Source: Azolla caroliniana
Lineage: Eukaryota > Plantae > Polypodiophyta
Length of the DNA stretch: 64,000 nt
Reading direction: 5' to 3'
NCBI GenBank assembly: GCA_043228905.1
Contig: JBHGNT010000003.1
Location: 930,001-994,000 of the forward strand
The position numbers and the translations under genes were made by a program. Positions 53,898 through 64,000 of this stretch are shown piece by piece; position 1 is the stretch's first letter; each line of letters opens with the position of its first letter. The notes below the pieces were generated by a model that was not told the origin of the DNA, searched no databases, and saw only the letters and a list, made by a program, of their open reading frames with translations.

Positions 53898-54269
53898 TCA
53901 TTTCTGTTCATCACCCAAAAGATGGCTAGGATCGAACTCCAGACCTATTTTACAATACAATCTAGTACTAAATGAGGCATTCTGGGGAAGGAATCGATGA
54001 GAAATTCGACCATCCAGGGTTTTGTACCGTTCACCATTAAATCTTTGCGGAGATTCAATGTCTTCTTCTTCTTCTTCTTCTTCTTTAAGCCTTTGAATCA
54101 GGGATTGGAAAGAGGCACGCCGTTGTGCGGCTTCTGTGCGCAGTTGATTTCGATACTCTTTCTGGATGGATCTGATCTGACGGCGTTGGTTGCTTCTCCA
54201 CTCTCTATCAGAGATACCGCCAGGATGGGTTCTTGGCCCACTCCCCATCATTCGAATGCTAGATGCCAT
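53898..54269 (-). CDS. Small protein resembling the N-terminal GGGPRTFPGG motif region of plant organellar DEAD-box helicases RH33/RH48, without a helicase core
   Basis: 123 aa: MASSIRMMGSGPRTHPGGISDREWR...basic helical stretch...acidic run...ISHRFL. CT-rich leader upstream on the minus strand. The similarity is recognised from memory of the family motif (MGGGPRTFPGGxxKWQWKR...LADRF). Confidence 0.6.
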   Translation of the reverse strand: MASSIRMMGSGPRTHPGGISDREWRSNQRRQIRSIQKEYRNQLRTEAAQRRASFQSLIQRLKEEEEEEEDIESPQRFNGERYKTLDGRISHRFLPQNASFSTRLYCKIGLEFDPSHLLGDEQK

Positions 54270-54642
54270 TTCTCAGATAATTCTATCGATTTGGGTTCAA
54301 GGAAGAGAAAAGGAGAGAGAGAGAGAACAAAGACAAGACAAGACAGACAGAATGAGGATAATTGTTCTGTCAATACCCTCAAGTTTGTCTTTATTTCCAG
54401 AAATGCCCCTGAGCTTTTGGTATCTCCCAATGGGAAAACCCGGAGTGGTATTGGTCGGTCGGTCTGTCGGGACAAAGGAACACACCTGGTTTTCCTTTAT
54501 TTGTCTAAGCTTTTAAGGTGTCTCCCGCCAGGAAAACCAAATTGTTTGAAATAGAGAAATGCCCATGTAAGTTTTGATATTTACCCAACTACCCCGAGTG
54601 ATGCGATATCTCTTGATTGTACATCTGCACATATGCTAGGAG

Positions 54643-54843
54643 CATAGTACGTAAAATTCGTGTTCGTCTAGCATAACATTCGTTTTCCTATGTTGGAAAA
54701 CGAATGCGAATGTTATTCAAACATTCTTGTGTTTTTTTTCCCTTTTTTTAGGTTTATTTACCTCATAATAAATAGTTAATCCAAAAGTATGGTATTTATC
54801 ATTCTTTGAGGGTGTTTACCATACTCGTATGGTTCATACTATG
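54643..54843. mobile_element. hAT-like MITE (family B)
   Basis: CATAGTACG...TTCATACTATG with TSD GCTAGGAG / GTTAGGAG. Homologous to 2718-2980. Confidence 0.85.
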
Positions 54844-56085
54844 GTTAGGAGTTTTCATGGAGAAGTAAAGGGGGATAGTTAAGATAGTGAGCTTTTGAAA
54901 TAGAGAAATGCCCATGAATTTTTTATATTTACCCAACTGCCCCTAGTGATGTGATACTCTCTTGATTGTACATAGGGACATATGTTAGGAGTTTTCATGC
55001 AGAAGTAAAGGGTGATAGTTAAGACATTGACAGTGAACTTTTGAAATTATACGCTTAAATCGCATGGTAGTGGTAGTGCTATCTATGCAAATGGCAGAGT
55101 GTAAGTATTCTATGATTGCCATGTCCATGCGGCTGCACCCTTTGCTTGAACAGAAGATATACTCGCTTATAATGCTCTTTTTTGGAACCTGTATGCAATG
55201 TTTCTGGTTTTCAAGGACATAAAAAATGTCATCATCATCATCTCTCTGAAATGAGAAAAATATTCTTAGATGGTGATGACTCTGGCCTAATATATAAAAG
55301 AGAGAATGTTACGGATACAAGATTATTGACATTGCTTTAAAACATCTTTAACTTTATCACAGGCTACTATATCACAAGTATGTTTCCAACCCACATCTCC
55401 ATTGAAATTTTGGCATGCTTTTGTTATGATGGACAAAACACCAAAAGATTAAGCAGCCACCCACCTTTAATTGAGGTATGAAATGCTTAGAGTGTAAATA
55501 AAACATCTTCTGCAATAACCTCACTTTATTTTTCCAATTCCGCAACCATGTAATTATGTTGACACGATTAATTCTCCAAATGCACTAGTTCTATGAATGT
55601 TCTGCTTATTTTTATCACAAATTTGGAATGATATTGCTGTATCACAGCACTCACGCATAGCTTATTAGCAAGCTTCCAAGATTTAATCACATTTACAGGA
55701 CATGGATGAAAACCTTCTCATGTACATGCAAACGCATGCATAAATTGAGGATGAGAAATATGTGCAACTGACAAAATGCTTCTCATGAAGAAAAATAATA
55801 TCTCCAAATATAACTTAGAGAGGCTCACTCATCTTTCATAAGTCAACATCTCCACAAATTCCTTGAATCAATCACGGTATACCTCAATACCGATTCTTTC
55901 ATCTTCAAAACCCATGCATAAAGTGAAACTTTAATTTCAAACATAAGATAGATGAGAAAGAATCCAATTATAAGGGAAAGGTGCAACCACCCCATTAAGC
56001 TAGGTTAATACTTTGACGGTGTTTATCATACTCGAATGATTGAAACATTCTCAAATGCGCATGCGCCATAGTGCAACAATACAAT

Positions 56086-56231
56086 CATAGTATGAACTAT
56101 ACGTGCATTCACATTCGAGAATGTTTCAATCATTCAAGTATGCTAAACACCCTCGCAGTATGGTAAATACCATACGTTTGTATTCATTATTTATTATAAG
56201 GTAAAATTTATTTTAAGGTAAGAAAGTTAAG
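56086..56231 (-). mobile_element. Partial family-B MITE in inverted orientation, plus a forward fragment at about 56018-56070
   Basis: CATAGTATGAAC...GAATGTTTCAATCATT...GTATGGTAAATACCATA...AAGGTAAGAAAGTTAAG is the reverse complement of about 2826-2980. Confidence 0.7.
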
Positions 56232-56458
56232 AATCATATAGCAAAGAAAGGTGATAATCTGCAAGATAACATAAAAAATACACCAAAAAACGAACATCGG
56301 ATAATATGTGACATTACATTCATTGTACAATCAATATTTGATTTATTAATCACCTTGACCCATGAGTGCACTCATAATTCTTTTGCAAAAATATTTGCCC
56401 CCCATAAAAAAGCAAAAAAGGACACACAAATCACCATGAAGGACAAACCTCAACCAAC

Positions 56459-56628
56459 TCATCATCATTATCCTTCTCCCATCATCACCACCCTCATCCT
56501 CATCATTATCATGATCATGATACTGATCATCATCGTCATTGTCATAATCATCATCAACATCATTGCTGTTATTGTCATCATCACCACCATCGTTGATCAT
56601 CATCACCACCACCACCATAATCATTATA
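56459..56628. repeat. Imperfect (ATC/ACC)n trinucleotide repeat just 3' of the ABC1 kinase stop
   Basis: Directly visible. Explains the poly-D and poly-H/I ORFs in the track. Confidence 0.85.
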
Positions 56629-56659
56629 ACAACTTCAAGCTCAAATATGATATGATTAG

Positions 56660-58876
56660 CTAGGGTGCCATGATTCCATTGATTGTGTCAGAAAGTGACT
56701 CAGCCCAATCTTTCTTAAAAAGCAACTTCTGGAGGGTGTCCATAATGTTGTAGTCAGGATCCAGCCGACGTTGCCAACCCTCAAGAACCATCACAGTTAC
56801 CATCACAGTACAAACGTCACCATCAATATTGACTCTATGCTTTCTCACTTGTTCTAAGAGGTCTTGCATACATTCTCCGGGGTGGATAAGGTCAGCCTCT
56901 CTAGAACCCCAAAAGGTAAAAGAAGTTTCAAGCTCTTTAATAAATGCGCCTGGATTTGGACACGACTGATTACGTGAAAAGGAAAGTGCACACTCAGCTG
57001 CTGTTCTCCCATCTCGAAGAGCTACAGCCTTAAAAAACTCTAGAAGGTTCCGACGATCCTTTTGTGAGAGCTCCGCAGTAAGACCCACATCCAAAAACAC
57101 AAGATGTGGTCGAGACCTTGACATGTCTTTCCCACCATCATTACTTTTACTTTTCCTTTTGCTATTCACCCTGACCAGTATGTTACCCGGATGCATATCA
57201 GCATGAATAAAGTTATCAACCAAGAGCATTTTCAGGAAAGTGTGTGTCCCAATATGGGCGAGGATCCGGCTATTGCTCGAACTCTTGTCCGAAAGCTCGA
57301 TAAAGTGAGAAACGCTCTCTCCATGTTCATATGTTTCAACAAGCACAGCTGGGTGAACTAAAGGATAGAGTGGCCGAGGAAAGGATACATCTGTCCAATG
57401 CCTGAAGTTATACAAAAATCGACTCAGATGGGCAGCTTCTCTAGCAAGATCAACTTGTGTAAGCATAAAAACTGCGAATTGCCTCACACTTTCATCAAGC
57501 CTTAACCATCTGAGCCCTGGGATCAAAGTGGATAAATTTGCTACCCAGTTGATTATCACAAAATCCCGACGAATTACATCACTCACACCAGGATGCCTAA
57601 CTTTCACAGCCACCACAATTGGCCTTGGTTTTGCACCTGAAGACCCACTATACTTCAAAGTTGCCTTATGCACCTGGGCAATACTACCGGAAGCAACAGG
57701 TTTCGCTTCAAATTCCTCAAAAATCTCATGCAATTTTTTGCCAAATGCTTGCTCAACTGTCTTTACGGAATATGCAAATTTGTGTGCGGGTGCATTTGTG
57801 TGCAATTTTGTAAGCTCTCGACAAAGGTCTCTAGGGAATAAATCAGGTCTGGTGGCAGCCCATTGACCCCATTTGATGAATGCGGCCCCAGCAAATTCTA
57901 AAGTATGCCTTAAAAGCCTTAGCCACATCTTCCTATACCTTTTGTCAAAGAAATCTGCCATAGGGGCAGTTACAACCACTGGCATGAACAGAAAAAGCAG
58001 GAATAACAACCTTACAATAAGGCTACCAAACTCCAGCATTGTGAAGAACCTCGAAACAAGATAATTATTCGACGAAGATGATGACGTGGTTGCAGAAGAA
58101 AGTCCGCCTCCTTGAGATTCAGCTAAGGGGTGGTTCACACTGCCTCCCAGAAGAAGTGTCACGACGCCTATTGGGAGGTGTGATCTTGCACATGCAAGGC
58201 TAATTGCTCGCATAACTAAGCCTATTGAAGATCGAGAAGGGATCTTTGCATTAACTCTCCTCCATGCATTTTTCCACAAAGACAAAATCTCGGTTTTCCA
58301 TCTGAAACCAGGATGATATCTTATGTTTGCCGAAGTATGAAAACCACATTTCGACTGCATGATTGTACTTTTTGATAGGGAGATACCTCTCAACGGTCTG
58401 ACACCAATTGATAGAGAAATACCTTTCAAAGGCCGGATACCATTGTATAGAAGCACACCTTTTGACGCAATGGTGGGCTTCATTGGCCAGACACCATTTG
58501 ATAAACACATACCTTTTGATGTGATGATATTGTGCAAAACACGAATACTGTTCTTCCATCTTAACCTGTTCACTAAACTTAACCCGGTTTGTGGCTGCGA
58601 CTTGACGGGGTTCGCTACTCCTTTTACAGCATTCAATCCATTAAAACGGAAGGAATAAGCCTGTTTAGCCTCGTTCGCAAGCATTTCAAACCATCTTGAG
58701 CCACATCTAGAGGAATGATAAGGTCTAAACCATCGCAATGGAGAGATTCCAGGCTTATTTAATACAGACGGGGCGGATCCATTGACGATCCTGCTTGCAG
58801 AAGACCCGGAAGCCTCACTTACAGAGAGCGAGACCCTAATCCTCCTGTGGAGGCCAAGAAGCCTAGTGACACACAT
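56660..58876 (-). CDS. ABC1/UbiB atypical kinase (ADCK2/abkC-like), probably organelle-targeted; coding region intronless
   Basis: 738-aa ORF with GAAFIKWGQWAATRPDLF (KxGQ), ASGSIAQVHKA, VAVKVRHP, VDLAREA, NFIHADMHPGNI and FLDVGL motifs. Long Arg/Ser-rich N-terminus. Confidence 0.95.
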   Translation of the reverse strand: MCVTRLLGLHRRIRVSLSVSEASGSSASRIVNGSAPSVLNKPGISPLRWFRPYHSSRCGSRWFEMLANEAKQAYSFRFNGLNAVKGVANPVKSQPQTGLSLVNRLRWKNSIRVLHNIITSKGMCLSNGVWPMKPTIASKGVLLYNGIRPLKGISLSIGVRPLRGISLSKSTIMQSKCGFHTSANIRYHPGFRWKTEILSLWKNAWRRVNAKIPSRSSIGLVMRAISLACARSHLPIGVVTLLLGGSVNHPLAESQGGGLSSATTSSSSSNNYLVSRFFTMLEFGSLIVRLLFLLFLFMPVVVTAPMADFFDKRYRKMWLRLLRHTLEFAGAAFIKWGQWAATRPDLFPRDLCRELTKLHTNAPAHKFAYSVKTVEQAFGKKLHEIFEEFEAKPVASGSIAQVHKATLKYSGSSGAKPRPIVVAVKVRHPGVSDVIRRDFVIINWVANLSTLIPGLRWLRLDESVRQFAVFMLTQVDLAREAAHLSRFLYNFRHWTDVSFPRPLYPLVHPAVLVETYEHGESVSHFIELSDKSSSNSRILAHIGTHTFLKMLLVDNFIHADMHPGNILVRVNSKRKSKSNDGGKDMSRSRPHLVFLDVGLTAELSQKDRRNLLEFFKAVALRDGRTAAECALSFSRNQSCPNPGAFIKELETSFTFWGSREADLIHPGECMQDLLEQVRKHRVNIDGDVCTVMVTVMVLEGWQRRLDPDYNIMDTLQKLLFKKDWAESLSDTINGIMAP

Positions 58877-61660
58877 AGCTATGGGGCATACCTGTGTGTT
58901 TTACTTGCGCGCGCGGATCCGCCGAAGGCACAGAGAGTCGTGGAGAGGGGAGGGCCTCGTCGTCTTCTTCTTCGTCTTCTTCTTCATGAATGAATGAAGA
59001 AGCCTTTCTGATATACTGAGAATTAAACCTGAACCCTCTCTTTCTCTGGTTTTTTCAAAGGCTAGGTTTTACAGAAGGGTCCATGTGGCCGCCTTCACAC
59101 CAGGCCTTACAGTCAAAGTCAGAAGGTCCATCATCCATTGGATTCTCTAGGGGACCCATCACTTCTTTGACTTTCCAAAACAATGTCTGATGGGCGCTCC
59201 GCGGACATCTCCGCGCTCCGCTCCGCCCCCGACCGTCCGTTTTGCACTTCCCGACCCACCCACCGCTCGCTCCTCTCACGGCCACACAGGATCTGTATTG
59301 TTTTCGCTCAGGCAGTGAAAAGGCGTACAACAGATTAGAACGGTAAACACAACGGAAAAAAGCAAGCTATGGCTATGAAGATAGATTAGAACGGTAAACA
59401 CATGATAGCAATGGTGCGTAAATCCCTGGCCGGCATGCATTATCGGAAAATTTCGTTCCTCAACTCTCATGCTTGAGAGAGCTAGGGAACTTGTCAAGAA
59501 AATCTAAAGTGTTTGGTTAAACCATGCGCTAAGAAAGGAGGAAGCATGAAGCCCTTCTTGCTTGCTTGTTGCAAATTGTACAAACTTCGTATTGCATAGC
59601 ACGTGAAGGAAAAAACTGAGGATGCAGGGCCATTTGGTAGACGTTTTCGTCATTAGATTATGATGAAGGTTATCAATCAAATCCATCATTAAAGCCTCCG
59701 TCCCTGAATACATCCTTTCTCTTTTCACTTGCGATCACATTGATGGTGGAGAAAATGTAACATGTGTCTATATTGGACTAGTGTCATTTGCTTTGTACCC
59801 TATATCTATGTCTAGAATTAACAAAGAGATGCTAATGAAAAGTTCGCTAGGTTTTCTCAGCTTGGCCACATCGAGATTTTCTGTTGGGAATGGGACACCA
59901 AACAAATTGGCATTTTCTTGTCCATCAACCTCATCATTGTGGTCAAACCATTCTGGTTCAATGCTACTTTGTGAATCTATCTTGTATTGTTTCCCTCATT
60001 TAGTTGCAGTTTTCTCCATGGCATTGTGTATAATATTTCTTTGTTACTTGTGGGTTTGTAAGGGAGCTCTTTGAACAATGATATTCAACTCTGAGTGAAG
60101 ACAAGGTTAAATTGCCTAAAAGCTACTCTCTACCGAAGGAAGGGTATGGTAGACAAGTTTGCTTCTTACTCTATATACCCGATTCACTTAGAGTAGCTCT
60201 CACATAATTGTGATTTATCGCTCATAAAGGGTAATTAATCACTCACGTAGAAAACCTATGATTAACACCTAATTAAAAGCAATTAATTGGTTACACTTTA
60301 TTTAATTGAAAATTGCTAAATCTACCACAAGCCTATTGAAATAATTTTAATTTGCCACTATGAGGAAAATGACCTTGTTCGGTTCCATGAGATCTCACAA
60401 GAGCAAAATGACCTTCAAGGAGAAGTTAAAAGAGGCACAAAAGTGACATTTTATAGCTACCCCCTTATAAAAAGGTTGTCCCCCTTCATATTGGGGCGAG
60501 CGCTAGGCCAAAAGCTCTAGAGCCACCTTAGTTTTATTCCCCTTTTCTTGGTTTTGCAGTTAGTCTTTAGTATTGATGTTGATGTCTTCATGGGTCATGT
60601 TACATATCACAAGTGCTTAACACTCACTTTTTCCGGACTTCCTTTGAAGGTATGGCTTTCCAAGCCTCAAAACTTATCCTTTCCTAAGCTCCACTTATAC
60701 AATCTCCTGACTCAAGAATTCCACATACTCATTTATGTATCAAACATCACCATCCTCAATGTGCTTATGCAAGTCTACAAGCTAATTTGGTGTCACCCAA
60801 TTTTAATCCCGATCAACAATTGTCCAAGCCCAATAAAAAGTATTCAAGTATGGAGCAATATGCGATTAGGATGATTTAATGTAATTAAGTTTTGTCGTTA
60901 TCTTTTAATATTCAACTTCAGATGCCATGTCAACCACTCCACCCTATTTTACCTAGTCATGAAAGCCTCATTAGCCTGAAATCTTGGTTAGTGGATGTTG
61001 ATCCCCCAGGAGTTCAAGTTTTTCATATTCCCTATGGACAAGAGGGTATGTCATTGATTAGGAGGTTGAGTTCTAATCCCTCCGAATACCATTCTGCATC
61101 CTAATCAATTGATAGGTACGTACATTTCCTAACCTTCCATTTACATCCTTTAATTAACCAAACTTATGTCATTGTTTCTACATGTTCCCCATTGGATGGC
61201 TAACAAGTCGTCACGTCAAGTAATACAACACTACTATGATAATTGTTATCTCCACTAAAAATAAAGTTCATAACACCACCTTTGCCACAACTATTATCAT
61301 TGCATGTGAAAGGTTTCATGACATGACTCACTAATGGCATTGCTGAAGGCGCCACTAGCTCATCAAATCTAGATATTTTGCATTCCCAAGTTTTGGGAAG
61401 AGCTTATCCTTTGGGCACATGAACTATCTATCTATATGTGAAAGTTGTTTCACGAGGAGATATAGACTTGAAAAGGTTGGAGAGCAATGATTTGAACCTT
61501 CCCGAATGCATGGATTCTTGATGGTGGTTAAATGTTTTACCTTGAACACAAGCTTTTGTTCACCCCAACCTAGGTTTTGGGAGGGATGATTTCACATTTG
61601 GCGTTTTCTGTGATGACGATGTCATGGGTCATTCCCCAAAATTTCCAAAACTCATGCATG

Positions 61661-62028
61661 GGTACTGTAAATACATTTTCATCGTCATGATCTCTTCTTG
61701 ATAACCCTGTGTTTTAAACATCGTCATATATATTTTTCATAATTCACGTCATTTTGTTGGTAACAAAGAAGGAAATTTATGCTTGATGTAGCATAACCTT
61801 CATATTCAGATCGTTGTTATATTTAGTTCCTTACGGCAATTTGGTACTGTAAACACATCCTCATCGTCATGATCTCTTCTTGATAACCCTGTGTTTTAAA
61901 CATCGTCATATATATTTTTCATAATTCGCGTCATTTTGTTGGTAACAAAGAAGGAAATTTATGCTTGATGTAGCATAACCTTCATATTCAGATCGTTGTG
62001 ATATTTAGTTCCTTACGGCAATTCGGTA
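61661..62028. repeat. Near-identical tandem duplication, 182-bp period
   Basis: GGTACTGTAAA...ATCGTCATGATCTCTTCTTGATAACCCTG...TTCCTTACGGCAATT occurs twice. Confidence 0.92.
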
Positions 62029-62071
62029 TCATTTCGAGGAAAGATTTTGGTGATCTTATTCTTGGGATTTT

Positions 62072-62753
62072 TTAATACATAAGTCACTATTGGTTGGAGC
62101 ATGGGAGCATAGGAACCTTAGCTCTCCTAATTGTGTAGCGTGCCCAAATGCAACAGAATCAATCTGACACATGTTGTGGGTCTGCCCAGAGACCCATCGA
62201 ATATGGCGGGGGTTGGGCGCCTATTGCAATTATATCATATGCAAGGGACAATCGAGTGGGGAAATGTTTGTTGGTTATCATGGCAAGCCCCTATTGACAA
62301 GTGCGAACATCAGGAGGAGGGGATGACTTTGGTGATAAAAGCACGAGAGGTTTTCTTTTCCACCATCGACAATATCCACTCAACTCCTATTAATGCCAAA
62401 TCTCAAGTTGTGTTGGAATTGGTCAGCCCAATAACTCTTTAGATTCTATGGAAACGACGGTGTAGACGAGTCTTCTCCAACCAAACCATGCATCCAATAA
62501 TGTTAATGCAAGAGACATGGGGTGAAGTTGCAGCCACTCTAAAGTGCCAATACGATGGCCTCACGGGCGGATCCAATGGAGTTGAAAGACAACGACTAGC
62601 CGTCATCCAACAATGGTCGTCCTCTCCTTTTCTTGACTTGGTGGGCAACCACATAAGATGGAACTATTGCGTCCCTACAGGGATTTGTATATAACACTCT
62701 CGTGTGTAAAATTCTATAACTAATGGAAGGAGTTTTTTTAATAAAATAAAATT
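62072..62753 (+). mobile_element. 5'-truncated L1-type LINE, same family as 18001-18405
   Basis: Encodes CVACPNATESI*HMLWVCP (zf-RVT CCHC-like) followed by the same C-terminus (LELVSPITL...QQWSSSPFL...RWNY). Shared 3' end TATAACTAATGGAAGGAGTTTTTTT plus an A-rich tail. TSD of about TTGGGATTTT (62062-71 / 62754-63). Confidence 0.85.
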
Positions 62754-64000
62754 TTGGGATTTTCTTCATGACCGAACAAAGGGGAAATATACATCTTAGG
62801 TCATTGAATGCAAGCTTGATGGCTTAGTATTAAGGTCATGCCGCAAAAGTGTACAAACATATCATATATCAAGCTTTGAAAGATCCAACAATTTTCCAAC
62901 TGGTGCACATGCACATTCCTTTCGATCACTAATTACCTTTAGTATGTTTATAGTTATTGTTGTAAATATAATTTTTTTGTAGATACTAAATAACTATTTT
63001 GCATAAGATGCATTCAATCATGCATTTCTCAACATATTTGGATGACTGATCTAATTACTAAAGACCATTAAAGCAAGTTTATTATCATAATTTATAAACA
63101 TATAGAATGATATTTAGCCATATGCTTTACATGATCGACTTAATTTATAAGATGCCCACCACATAAACATGTGGGGTTCCTTTTTGTTTGATAACTAATC
63201 AAGAACTTCTGTTGTGGATGCTAGATAAAGTTGCATATATTTATCACCATCATTGTATGAAACTAGAACCTACTTGTGAAAGTTCTAATTATCCACATTC
63301 CATGTGCGTTAAGCACCACATTCAATCAACTTCTTTCTCGTGAGAACAACAAGTTTATTCATATAGCTATATTCACTTGTGGCCTTTCACAAGATGGTTA
63401 AGCATTTGAAAGCATTGTCAATCCACGTGATTCTAAGTGGCTATCCATGCCAAAGAGATCACATTTTAATGTCCCATTTTATTAGACTTGTGCATTTTAT
63501 ACGATGACACTTTCTTTGCATTTTATGTGGTGACCAAGAGCGTATATTTTATGTCATGGAGATGAGATCAGTTCACACATATTAGTTTTACTCGATCAAA
63601 ATGCATCACCTTTGATTCTGTGTAAATATGTTTCACATTTGTTTGGACAACAAGAGGTACTTGGCTTTTATTGCATGAAACTAGGTTTGACATTGCTTAT
63701 GAATTGATGAATTATGTATATGAATCCTATAATATCATCCTTCACACATCTTCACGAAGTTATGAGGTTTTCCATGTAGGACAATATCATAATTTAGGAC
63801 ATCTTTTCACGTAAAATATTGGACATTGTTTAAGACTTTTGTTACATCAGCACGCAATAGTCCTAATTTGTGTTTCTCATCAACTGACGAGGCCGTTTGT
63901 GTATAGGCAACACTTTTTTGCTTAGACCTAGGCTCTTCTTACCGTATCATTTTTTATCGGACATGAAAATGCTCAACTTTGATAGGAAATCATTTATTTT

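Noticed and set aside
56346-56663. Poly-Asp and poly-His/Ile ORFs
   Set aside because: Translations of an (ATC)n repeat 3' of the kinase.
60548-61420. Possible gypsy integrase remnant on the minus strand; similar TE-like decay at 41-46 kb
   Set aside because: No unambiguous motif or terminus readable by eye.

Overview
AT-rich, intron-containing land-plant nuclear DNA. The style of the PLS-class PPR genes suggests a fern or other non-seed vascular plant, but this is an inference. Genes in order: 3' part of a 10+-exon DUF726/TMCO4-like gene (+); a PLS-E PPR reading frame interrupted by three in-frame TGA codons (+); DNA polymerase delta p12 subunit POLD4 (+); a Ser-rich PROTODERMAL FACTOR 1-like secreted protein with upstream L1 boxes (+); a second PLS-class PPR gene (-); a spinster-like MFS transporter (-); a NAL1-like trypsin-family protease (+); a short ORF resembling only the N-terminal motif of organellar DEAD-box helicases RH33/RH48 (-); and an intronless ABC1/UbiB atypical kinase (-). 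Intergenic and intronic DNA holds a decayed Ty3/gypsy element, two 5'-truncated copies of one LINE family with TSDs, two solo LTRs, two hAT-like MITE families, a Mutator-like foldback MITE, microsatellites and many short (about 60-240 bp) tandem duplications. I found no CRISPR array, rRNA or tRNA, and no clearly new multi-gene system. The best leads are the stop-interrupted PPR frame, the helicase-less RH33/48-type microprotein and the PDF1/L1-box module. Exon coordinates were derived by eye.
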